A stretch of 63,184 nucleotides of DNA, counting the filler, from Dicyema japonicum (lineage: Eukaryota > Animalia > Dicyemida), in assembly GCA_011109175.1 (NCBI GenBank). It is 7 parts of 7 records of this genome, joined end to end, with 100 filler letters (N's around TTAATTAATTAA, not from the genome) between each part and the next. Parts side by side here need not be neighbours in the genome. Positions count along the whole stretch, not along the records: positions 1 to 9,474 come from RDEW01000126.1; 6 more parts are not named here. One strand, 5' to 3'. The position numbers were made by a program, and so were the translations under genes. The first letter of the stretch is position 1. Each line of letters starts with the position of its first letter. Under the pieces are notes generated by a model. The model made no database searches and was not told the origin of the DNA. It saw only the letters and a list, made by a program, of their open reading frames with translations. Positions 1 through 9,574 of this stretch are shown in pieces.

Positions 1-1249
1 GCTATTTCTTCCTATTACTTATAGGCTATGGGGAAAAACCTGTAAGACGATATTGAACTGCTTTAAAGACACGTTTTCCTTATTTAGGTTATCTGTCCAT
101 TAAAAAATGCAAAAACACCTTCGTTTGTGCCTTCGTTTCTATTCTCAAGTTGACGCACAAGAACATTAATTGTGTCAATATTTTCGCGCCTATAACAATC
201 ATATTCTTCTTTCAGGTTAACCAATTCAGAATTCTATAAATAAATAACACAAATAACTTTAATATTTAACTGATTCAAAAAATCAGCACATTTCAGTTCA
301 AGTGAGCATATTTGTTCTTGAAAATCCAATTTAAGCTGCTTGACCATGCTCTCGTGGGTATTCTGTACCTTCCAAAGAGCATCCTGAGAGGTCAGGTGGA
401 CAATCTCCTGATTGAGGGCCCTCAGGTGGTCCCGACTCCCCGAAAGTTGTTCCCTCAACTTGACTTCACATCACACAAATACATTTTCATTTATATTTTT
501 CAAATTTTGTAGCGTTTCGGACTGTTCTTGCAATTCTTCTCTGCTGATTTGTGTCTTTTTGAGATTCGTTATTTCTGCTTGTTTTTCGTCCAAGGAAAGG
601 TCGGCCAAGATTGCTCTGTGCTTGAGGTCACGGATTTGGCAGAACAGGCGGTCCCTTTGAAGTTCGTGGTCCTTTTTTACCTCGTCCAGGTACTCGCCTC
701 GCCTTTTGTAAAGGGATTCAAGTTGGTTGTACTTTTGTTGAAATACTTTGATTAATGATAAATTTTACTGTTTAAATTATATATATTTAAATTATTTATT
801 TTTTCTTGTTGGTTATTTATGCAGGAATTTAATAGATTTCTACTATTTTGTTTGTTCTTTTGTGGTGTCGTTATTTCTACTTTTTATTTGCAATAAATTA
901 TACTTTCTTCGTAGTTTACTTCATTTTGATGCCAAATTGTGTCCTTTAACTTTATTTATACTAATTAAAAACATGTATTGGCGTGTCTGGATAAAATAAT
1001 CTGCTAAAAACATTATTAGTTTCTTCTCCATTATTGTTCCTATTTGTCACGAGTGTCCACTACCAGATTTCTGAAGGATTGATGTGAAATTTAGTTTCCA
1101 AGTCCCCCAGTTCGCTGTCCAGTGTTTTTAGGATCTGTTGACTGATATGGCTGGATTATTACACTATCATGGAGAGACTCCTCTTCCTGGATGAGCATAT
1201 CAGGGGTTTGGTATAATTGACTGAGATCGAATGGCAGATCGTGCCCCAT
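1..1249 (-). CDS. Long coiled-coil protein with 8 micro-introns, 3' end runs off the window; weak resemblance to centrosomal CEP152/Asterless
   Basis: ATG at 1249. GT-AG introns at 1040-1063 (24 nt), 950-972 (23), 880-903 (24), 746-768 (23), 459-482 (24), 234-257 (24), 93-118 (26) and 12-39 (28) give one stop-free frame: MGHDLPFDLSQLYQTPDMLIQEEESLH...QQKYNQLESLYKRRGEYLDEVKKDHELQRDRLFCQIRDLKHR...LQEEIA. Gene structure is well supported; product name is speculative; an extra 5' exon is possible (22-nt GT-AG at 1259-1280). Confidence 0.75.
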
Positions 1250-1872
1250 GATAAAATTCTTCACAAATTTATGTGGTTACAAATATTTTATTAAATATAA
1301 TTTATTTTTTATTAGTAATTCTTTTACAATTATTAGATTAAATGTTTTTTAAATTATTTTTTAATGATTTTCCGGTTACTCTATTTATAATAAAATATAA
1401 ATTAAAAGGAGGGAAATTGTTGTTGATTCTTATGGTACTAAAAAATGCCAATTAATGTGAACATATCTAATGAACAGGATCTTTTAAATGACTTGGCGAG
1501 TACAATTTCTCAGATAATTATTTCTTCTTTTGACTCTGCATTTCAGAGACAAGTCCAGACAATGTTAAAGGGAGATTATAATGTGTGATTTCTAGTCTGA
1601 CAATCACTCCAAGATATACTCACGCAAACATTTCTCTCTTTTGAGTGCCCACAACCAATCAAACAATGTTGATAGCCACAAATGTAGTCAATCAATCTCT
1701 CCTGAATTGTCTGATATCTCTTACAGTTTCAACTCACTTTAACTTTCAGTTTCTTCATAATGTTCACTCAGTAAGTTTTTCTATTTAAAAATAGTAGATT
1801 ATTAGTCTATATTAAACCTTAAATTTATTAGTTTAATAAATAAAATTTTCTGCTGACGTGGTGTATTTTAAA

Positions 1873-2039
1873 ATGGCTATAAACACCCCAACCAAAGAAG
1901 AATTAACTGATATATTTAAACAAATATTAAAGCAGCCAGGAAACCAAGTATAACTATTCAAATAAAACACATTAAAAGACATGTTTCGACTGTGGGACCC
2001 CACATCCGACATGGGCGAGCATAACCTACGGAATCCTAG
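1873..2039 (+). pseudogene. ARFGAP2/3: 5' fragment of ArfGAP2/3-type ADP-ribosylation factor GTPase-activating protein
   Basis: MAINTPTKEELTDIFKQILKQPGNQ, 31-nt intron 1948-1978, then TCFDCGTPHPTWASITYGIL, matching the ArfGAP zinc-finger start (CFDC...WASITYG). The second CxxC is not found downstream. Confidence 0.8.
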
Positions 2040-2311
2040 GTACTTTTATGATTCATACACCCCACTTTTTAGTGGTGAATTAAATTAATGAAATTTTTTC
2101 TAAAATTAATTCATAAAAGTGGTTATAGGTACCATGCGGATTTAAAAAATTTAATTATCAAAATAATCTAAAAATATTTCAAATTTGGCAACCTAGTGAG
2201 TGATTCCAGTTTATAAATGCTTGCATTTGCAGCCAATTCATCTGTTATTTATAGTCCATATATGTTATTACGGTATAATTTTGCGAGAAAAAAAATAATA
2301 AAAAAAATTAT

Positions 2312-2917
2312 TTAATTATTTGTGCGTAAAGTTTTTTTCGGAGGACAAGAGGCCACTATGGCATCTAGCAGTTCGTCAAATGCGTTGTTCAACTCGCTTA
2401 CTTGTCTTCTCCAGAGAAATTCTAAAAAATGTGTTTTAATTGTTTCTACCAGTAAAGTATGATCCCATAAAGTGGCGCGCGGTACCCCTCTGTACTTTAT
2501 TGCGCCTTTTTGCACTTCCCCACATCCTCTCTACAGTCTGAGTATGTGCGAGAGTCGTGGGATCGATAAAATTTCGTCTAAAAGTAAGAAAGTATTTAAA
2601 CAAGTACTTATGATTCACTCTAATATGAGCGCAACCATGAGCATTTAGATCTTGCGTTGAATATCCTATATTTTCAAATTAAATAATGTGATTTTTCCAG
2701 GAATCAGTATGGACAACAGATCCAGGTGCGACATTTCTCTGAATCGCATCAGTAAGCGTTGCTCTGGACCCGTCAGGTACCATCTCCAAAAAGCATTCTT
2801 TAGTTCCACGGCACACTCCCCCAAACACCCTTTGCTGAGCGACAATTCGGCCTGAATGATTCTTTCTCTTGGAAAACATGCTCTCGTCTACTTCTACAAC
2901 TTTCCCTGTTCCACCTA
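2312..2917 (-). mobile_element. Merlin / IS1595 (ISXO2-like) DDE transposase, 3' portion, intron-containing
   Basis: VEVDESMFSKRKNHSGR, VFGGVCR, VHTDSWK, VNH..NFIDP..AHTQTVERMW and EFLWRR motifs; three 27-30 nt insertions behave as introns. Confidence 0.87.
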
Positions 2918-2918
2918 N

Positions 2919-3680
2919 GACCAAGGGATTGTGCATTCATTTAAATCGTTGTATAAAAAAGGAATGAATAGAAATTTGAGTATGGGAACAAATATAGGAA
3001 CATTTTAATATACAGATGAACTTACCAAATTCAAATTAGTTAATGCTCTACCTTTAATTATTGAGGCTTGGAACGAAGTCACAATGGACACTATCAAAAA
3101 TTGCTTTAACGCGGCATTAAATAATTGGGCGAAGATAGATGAAAAAATACTTGAAAAATCCACTGACGAAAAAGGTATTAAATTTAAATCACCTTACAAT
3201 TAAAGATAATGAAAGTGAAATTATTATTGAGTTTCCTGTCTGTGCACCTGTCGTCTGCGAAGAAAACGCGTATCTTGATACAATACAAAATGAGCATGAA
3301 GAAATAGATAGCACAAATGACAATCCCATTGGTTATGCAGATGCACTTAAATATTTGGAAAATATTGAAAAATATTTTTTGCAAGAATNTGCACCTGTCG
3401 TATATCTGTGCACCTGTCGCATTCTGCGAAGAAAACGCATATCTTGATACAATACAATGTGAAGAAGAAAATGAGCATGAATGACAATCCCATTGGTTAT
3501 GCAGATGCACTCAGATATTTGGAACATATTAAAAAATATTTTTTGCAAGAATCTGGTGAACATATTCCCCTGATTACAAATTTGAGAAATATATGTGCAA
3601 AATTAAAAAGAAAAAACCTAAAATTAACGATTACATACAAATTTTTAATTAAAAATTTTTTTTCGTTAAATAAATAGTCT
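2919..3680 (+). mobile_element. pogo/Tigger (DDE_1) transposase C-terminal remnant
   Basis: DQGIVHSFKSLYKK and LPLIIEAWNEVTMDTIKNCFN motifs; stops and frameshifts present; part duplicated around the single N at 3389. Confidence 0.7.
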
Positions 3681-3850
3681 ACTGTATATCCATCCTCAGA
3701 GTGTAAATATGTGAAGATATCAAATAGATTTTTAAGTAGATGCCGTCACCGAAAAATTACACTGAAAATTTAAGTTAATGATCGTTTTCTCCAAACAATT
3801 TCACAAGAACTTGTATAAATTAAAAACACAATTTATTTTGAGAATATTGT

Positions 3851-4688
3851 TCATTTTTTCCTGCCTTTCTTAATACTCTGAAGGAATTAAAATAATAAAC
3901 AAACTTTACGTCGTGCCAAAATCTTATGTTTGACCATTCCAAAATTTTTCATTTTTTTCTTCTCTCGATTAGTAGCCCGAAAAGACTTTTTGGTGGATTT
4001 CTTCCCATTCCTCTTACGTCTCGCTCCCTTCCTTTCCTAGACACTCGTTTTCACACTCCCTCACCTTATTCTCCTCCATTCTCTCCTCACGTGTCTTCTT
4101 GACGCTTTTGTGGAGATGTGTCAACTCAGAGTACGACACTAAGTCAGCAGGACCACTGTCTTCACTATCAGAACTAGAAACATCTTCTGCGACCTCCACG
4201 TCTTCCAAGTCATTTCCAGCCCGGTACTTCCTCAGTAACCTCAAATCGTCATCTCCAAAGACACGTGTTCTACTAGCGATTCTGGCCTGCTCTTCTTTAT
4301 CCCCATCCTGGATTTTATTAAATAATTCTAACTGTCATGTTTATTTTCCCGCCTTCTTCCAACGGAATAACCTCAGCACCGGGAACATAGTCAAAAATAT
4401 TATTCCCCAACTCCAAAACTGCCTTTTTGCCTGAAATTGGTTTCCCCTAAGTTGTAATTTCCATGTTAGCTAACTCTATCTTTACGATGCAGTAGCTTTG
4501 GGTTGACTGTCCGAAATAGAGTTATGAGAGATTTTGCAGACATGGAGGCGGCTGGAATAATACAAAGCAAAGTACATTTTTGTTTGTAGTTCCTATAATT
4601 GACCAAATCTCTGAGAAGGTCCTCGGTCATAGCATGAGGACACCGACAAGAGATTTCTCTTACTGTGTTTAAACTTGAAATATTTAAG
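3851..4688 (-). CDS. SDAD1: SDA1 (ribosome biogenesis factor), 3' half; 5' part lies in the gap
   Basis: Introns 4552-4575 (24), 4447-4474 (28), 4308-4332 (25), 4037-4064 (28), 3878-3904 (27). Spliced product LNTVREISCRCPHAMTEDLLRDL...LITLFRTVNPKLLHRKDRGKP...DYVPGAEV...ATNREKKKMKNFGMVKHK matches SDA1 signature segments; TGA at 3851-3853. Confidence 0.92.
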
Positions 4689-5353
4689 NNNNNNNNNNNN
4701 NNNNNNNNNNNNNNNNNNNNNNNNNNNNNNNNNNNNNNNNNNNNNNNNNNNNNNNNNNNNNNNNNNNNNNNNNNNNNNNNNNNNNNNNNNNNNNNNNNNN
4801 NNNNNNNNNNNNNNNNNNNNNNNNNNNNNNNNNNNNNNNNNNNNNNNNNNNNNNNNNNNNNNNNNNNNNNNNNNNNNNNNNNNNNNNNNNNNNNNNNNNN
4901 NNNNNNNNNNNNNNNNNNNNNNNNNNNNNNNNNNNNNNNNNNNNNNNNNNNNNNNNNNNNNNNNNNNNNNNNNNNNNNNNNNNNNNNNNNNNNNNNNNNN
5001 NNNNNNNNNNNNNNNNNNNNNNNNNNNNNNNNNNNNNNNNNNNNNNNNNNNNNNNNNNNNNNNNNNNNNNNNNNNNNNNNNNNNNNNNNNNNNNNNNNNN
5101 NNNNNNNNNNNNNNNNNNNNNNNNNNNNNNNNNNNNNNNNNNNNNNNNNNNNNNNNNNNNNNNNNNNNNNNNNNNNNNNNNNNNNNNNNNNNNNNNNNNN
5201 NNNNNNNNNNNNNNNNNNNNNNNNNNNNNNNNNNNNNNNNNNNNNNNNNNNNNNNNNNNNNNNNNNNNNNNNNNNNNNNNNNNNNNNNNNNNNNNNNNNN
5301 NNNNNNNNNNNNNNNNNNNNNNNNNNNNNNNNNNNNNNNNNNNNNNNNNTTTT

Positions 5354-5765
5354 ATGTCAAGAAAAAATTCAAGAGTATCAGAAGCTACGAGAAGAGCACT
5401 TATAAATAAGGATGAAGAGGGTGGCGATTATATACAGCTTGCTCGGGATCTTGGTGTCAAGAGGACAACAGCTATAGCCATTGTAAAAAGTGGAAATCCG
5501 TATGTTTGTAAACGTGGAGGTAGAAGGGATGCTACGATTAAACTTACGGATGATGATATGAATTTGATAATTGAAAAAATTGAGAACAATCCATCAATAA
5601 CATTGAAGGAAATACGAACATTGGTAAATAATAAAGTTTGTATTGCGACAATACATAACCGACTTGATGGCCGATTGATTACCTACAAAATGCTGCGAAG
5701 AGAACCAATTTCCAGGAATAGTCTGGAAAATATAGAAAAAAGAAAAATATTTGCATTTTTCTTTT
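5354..5765 (+). mobile_element. IS630/Tc1-mariner-like transposase, N-terminal HTH region
   Basis: ORF with LARDLGVKRTTAIAIV, RGGRR..KLT, IENNPSITLKEIR, ATIHNRL and RNS motifs typical of the IS630/Tc1 DNA-binding region; truncated before the DDE core. Confidence 0.65.
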
Positions 5766-5774
5766 TTCTATCCA

Positions 5775-5995
5775 AAATATAGCTGTCCATGTGAAAAGCA
5801 CTCGCTCTCTAAAAATAAGCCAACTACCTTTAATGATTGTCCCTGGGCCTTGTCATCGCAAAACTCATCCTCAACGGAAGTTGCAGCCTTTTAAATCTAA
5901 ACGGTAATTCATCAGAAATAATCGTAATTCGTGGGATATAAACATCCTCACCTCTATACTTACCTGTTAATATCGTCATTTCCAAACGAATCGTT
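5775..5995 (-). mobile_element. Helitron PIF1-helicase C-terminal fragment
   Basis: TILTGKYRGEDVYIPRI...FKRLQLPLRMSFAMT(frameshift)KAQGQSLKVVGLFLESECFSHGQLY. Confidence 0.8.
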
Positions 5996-6441
5996 GTTTT
6001 TTAATCAAATATGGAATTACGTAATTTTTATACTCAATAGTCTGGTTCTTTTTGAATAAAAAAGTTTCGAGTTTACTGAAGTTGAATTGTTAGTTTTTTA
6101 AAACCTTGTGATCTATCTTCTTTTCACTAATGATTAAAAAAGCTTAGCAAAACATAATAAGGTTACTGTTAAAAATTAATAAACGATTAATANAATATGG
6201 AATTACGTAATTTTTATACTCAATAGTCTGGTTCTTTTTGAATAAAAAAGTTTCGAGTTTACTGAAGTTGAATTGTTAGTTTTTTAAAACCTTGTGATCT
6301 GTCTTCTTTTCACTAATGATTAAAAAAGCTTAGCAAAACATAATAAGGTTACTGTTAAAAATTAATAAACGATTAATAAAAGCATTTATTAAAACTTAAA
6401 ATGATCTACATTCAAAATATCAGGATCTATTAAATAGTTTT

Positions 6442-7796
6442 CTAATGAATATGAAATCTTAAAATCAAATGGTAATTGTGGATGAATTTTTCTTGTTCTT
6501 GCAGGAACGGGCAAATCAGTGAAATTTGCAGGCAATGGTCTTGTATAAAAAAAATCATCCATTAGAGCCTTATATTAATTTTTTCAATAAATCACATTAT
6601 CAGCAGTAATTCTCTCACTTGATCTTAGTTTCAAAAATTGTTTTAACAACTCTATTGTAGTTTCATCTGCTTCAGGAACTAAATCTTCAAATTCTACCGA
6701 CTCCATTGGATAAAATATAATTTTATTGTAATCAGGAAAATCGACCATTTCCTGATAATTTATAAATAAATAAATCACCGGCCAATTTTCAATCGTAGGA
6801 GTCCCCAAAGATTTAAAAACGCAATGAAGCTGATCAATATCATTTTCTCCCTAAGATAAATATTAGTATAAAAACTGGAAAAAGTGGAGAATTATTTATT
6901 AGTTCGCCAAATATACATCCAACAGNTAGGAGTCCCCAAAGATTTAAAAACGCAATGAAGCTGATCAATATCATTTTCTCCCTAAGATAAATATTAGTAT
7001 AAAGACTGGAAAAAGTGGAGAATTATTTATTAGTTCGCCAAATATACATCCAACAGCCCTGAAATCAAAGTGCAATTTAGTAATACCACAAATCAACTCC
7101 TTCGTTGTAATTTTTATCTCCGTAGAGTAGTTCAGGAGCACGATACCACCTTTGATAAGTTTTTTAATAAACTTATTCACCGTGTAGCTACTTGATGAGA
7201 GTAAAGTCGGGAATCATCTCGACTAAATATTCTCGCTAAGCCAAAGTCGGCAATTTTTAACACGCCTTCTGAATTTATCAATAAATTAGCTGGTTTTAAA
7301 TCCTAAAACACGATCAACCAATTTAAGCTACTCTATGCATTATTTGATTTTTGTGCAGATGTGCAACCCCTTTCAAAAGCATTAACATGTATGCTTTAAT
7401 TTGAGCGTCTGAAAGCTGGAAATTGTAGTCTTTAATAACTTCAGATAAATCGGAAGACATATATTCGAATACTAACACAACCCCCAATCCATATGGTAGT
7501 ACTTCATACAAACTCACAATCTATAAATTTTATAGTAGTTTGAAACATGTAGATGATCACTTATATATTGTAGCGCCTTAATTTCTCTAGAAATAAGTTA
7601 TCAGCTTTTAACTACCGGATTACATTGTTTGATATTCCAACTTCCTTGACATTTCTTAGCTGTACTTTTTTTAGCGCGACAATTTCTTGTGTCTTTAATT
7701 GTACAATCTTTTTAATTATACAATTTTATTTTTGGCCTTTACGACTATTCCGTATGCTCCCTCGCCAATAGATTCTAGTATTTTATACTTGTCCAT
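6442..7796 (-). CDS. CDK20: Cyclin-dependent kinase 20 (CCRK/LF2 family) with 9 micro-introns
   Basis: Introns 7693-7721, 7587-7615, 7521-7546, 7303-7331, 7150-7180, 7059-7086, 6982-7006, 6752-6778, 6569-6595 (25-31 nt). Product has [55 protein letters not shown] and PDYNKI. 6798-6925 is duplicated around the N at 6926; the exact C-terminus is uncertain. Confidence 0.92.
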
Positions 7797-8034
7797 TATA
7801 AACGATCTGTTTTTAATTTTAAACGATTTCTATGGTTTTAGAGTGAATTTAGTTTATATTTCATAATTATAATTTAATTATTAAAAGTGATGTTTAAATT
7901 CGATCTTATAGAAGATATAAAATACCCACATCGTCGCTTGTGCCACAGACCGGATGATTTCTTCTTTAGACACCTTTCTTGATCTCTTCGATGCCTTCCG
8001 AAATGAANTATAGAAAAGAAATGTCTGTTTATTC

Positions 8035-9474
8035 CAGCGGTTCTCAACCGTGGTCCCCAGAAAATTTTTAGTGGTCCCCAGGAATTTTCGAAAAATAAAA
8101 ATATATTAAAGTTAAAACTAATTGTACAATTAAGTATAAATCAAAAACATTGAAATTAATCCAGCGGTTCTCAATCGTGGTCCCCAGAAAATTTTTAGTG
8201 GTCCCCAGGAATTTTCGAAAAATAAAAATATATTAAATTTAAAACTAATTGTACAATTAAGTATAAATCAAAAACATTGAAATTAATCTGATTTGATTAG
8301 CGTGGTTTATCATTCTAGTTATGGTTAACAAGAATCGTCGTCTTTGGTCGGATTCTTACGTACAATTTGGATTCACTAAATTCATTGCCCCAAATAATGA
8401 AATAAAGGCAAAATGCATGATTTGCCATAAAATTTTGGGAAACAATTCACTGAAACCTTCTCAACTTAGGCGCCACAAAGAGTCTGTACACCCAGAAAAT
8501 TCTTCCTCACATGAATATTTTAAAGTCAAAAGAACGAAGTTTGATTCACAGCCAAAGCTTGAGTGGTTTAATAAATCTCAAGATAAACCGAGATTAGAAG
8601 CATCATATGCTGTAATTTTAATTTATATCTAAAACAAATAGGTCTCAATGATTATCGCAAAAAACAAAGCTGCACATAATTCTGGTGAAAAGTTAATCAA
8701 ACCAGCGGCTCTTGAAATGGCTCGAATTTTGTTTGGTCCGGATGCAGTTACCAAACTTAAGGACATACCATTATCCAACGATTCAATTTCCCGTAGAATT
8801 TCAGAATTGTCATCTGATATCCTGGAGCAATTAATTAAAAGAATCAATAAAAGTAAATGCAGAATAAGTATTCAATTGGACGAGTCAACTGACATTTCTA
8901 ACGTCTGTCAGCTTGTGTCCTATGTTCGCTTTGTTGATGATGAGAATATTATTGATGAGTTTTTATTTTGTTTGGAGATGGATGGACACACTCGTGGAGA
9001 GGACATCTTTAATATTTTTGACAATTTTATGAAGACGAATAAAATCCAATGGGATAAAGTTGGATCTATATGTACTGATGGTGCACCTGCGATGATTGGT
9101 CATCAATCTGGACTTGTTACTCGTATTAAGGATTTGGTTCCTGATATTGTTACAAGACATTGTGCATTGCACAAATATGCACTTTGTTCAAAAACTATGT
9201 GTTCGTCGTTAAGAGAAACACTAAACACTATTGTAAAAGTGATAAACTATATTCGATCTCGTGCACTTAATCATCGAATTTTCCAAACTCTTTGTGAAGA
9301 GTTAGGAACTGATCATTCCATACTACTTTATCATTCTGAAATCAGGTGGCTTTCAAGGGGGGAAATTCTTTCGAGAATTTGTGAACTTTCCCCTGCGATA
9401 TCTTTGTTTTTGCGTGATAATATGCAGCATGATTAGGCCGATCAATTCGATGATTTTACTTTTAAATCGAAAAT
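8035..9474 (+). mobile_element. hAT Buster/Charlie-type transposon (left TIR, BED zinc finger, DDE transposase), truncated by gap
   Basis: TIR CAGCGGTTCTCAA at 8035 and 8162; CMICHKIL..SLKPSQLRRH BED finger; LDESTD, TDGAPAM, HCALH and RWLSRG motifs; 30-nt intron 8612-8641; premature TAG at 9434-9436. Confidence 0.92.
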
Positions 9475-9518
9475 NNNNNNNNNNNNNNNNNNNNNNNNNN
9501 NNNNNNNNNNNNNNNNNN

Positions 9519-9530
9519 TTAATTAATTAA
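9519..9530. other. Artificial scaffold-joining linker TTAATTAATTAA in a 100-nt N block (also at 18058, 35891, 41068, 56721, 61517)
   Basis: Identical 12-mer centred in 44 N + 44 N six times; a stop-codon-rich palindromic spacer of the kind used when concatenating scaffolds. Confidence 0.95.
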
Positions 9531-9574
9531 NNNNNNNNNNNNNNNNNNNNNNNNNNNNNNNNNNNNNNNNNNNN

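Noticed and set aside
1445-1745. Possible small plus-strand gene (MPINVNISNEQDLLNDLASTISQ...)
   Set aside because: No splice model within the 22-33 nt intron range extends the 47-codon frame, and no motif was recognised.
2900-2940. Merlin apparently nested in a pogo element
   Set aside because: The junction is exactly a single-N contig join at 2918, so nesting is unsupported.
3230-3560. Tandem duplications flanking single Ns (3389, 6193, 6926, 58219, 62871)
   Set aside because: Pattern of unmerged overlapping contig ends; the few differences are probably allelic. The apparent duplicated CDK20 exon (6798-7055) is one of these.
4665-5409. Long ORFs spanning N runs (also 26253-26600, 32181-32791, 58438-59509)
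   Set aside because: Length comes from X codons; 32200-34377 fuses an Ingi-like ORF with an unrelated RTE fragment across a gap.
6442-7796. Ciliate genetic code (TAA/TAG = Gln) as explanation for tiny introns
   Set aside because: Conserved genes use CAA/CAG for Gln and have no in-frame TAA/TAG after splicing.
9475-9574. Recurrent palindromic TTAATTAATTAA inside gaps (six sites)
   Set aside because: Artificial spacer; it also means adjacency across these points has no biological meaning.
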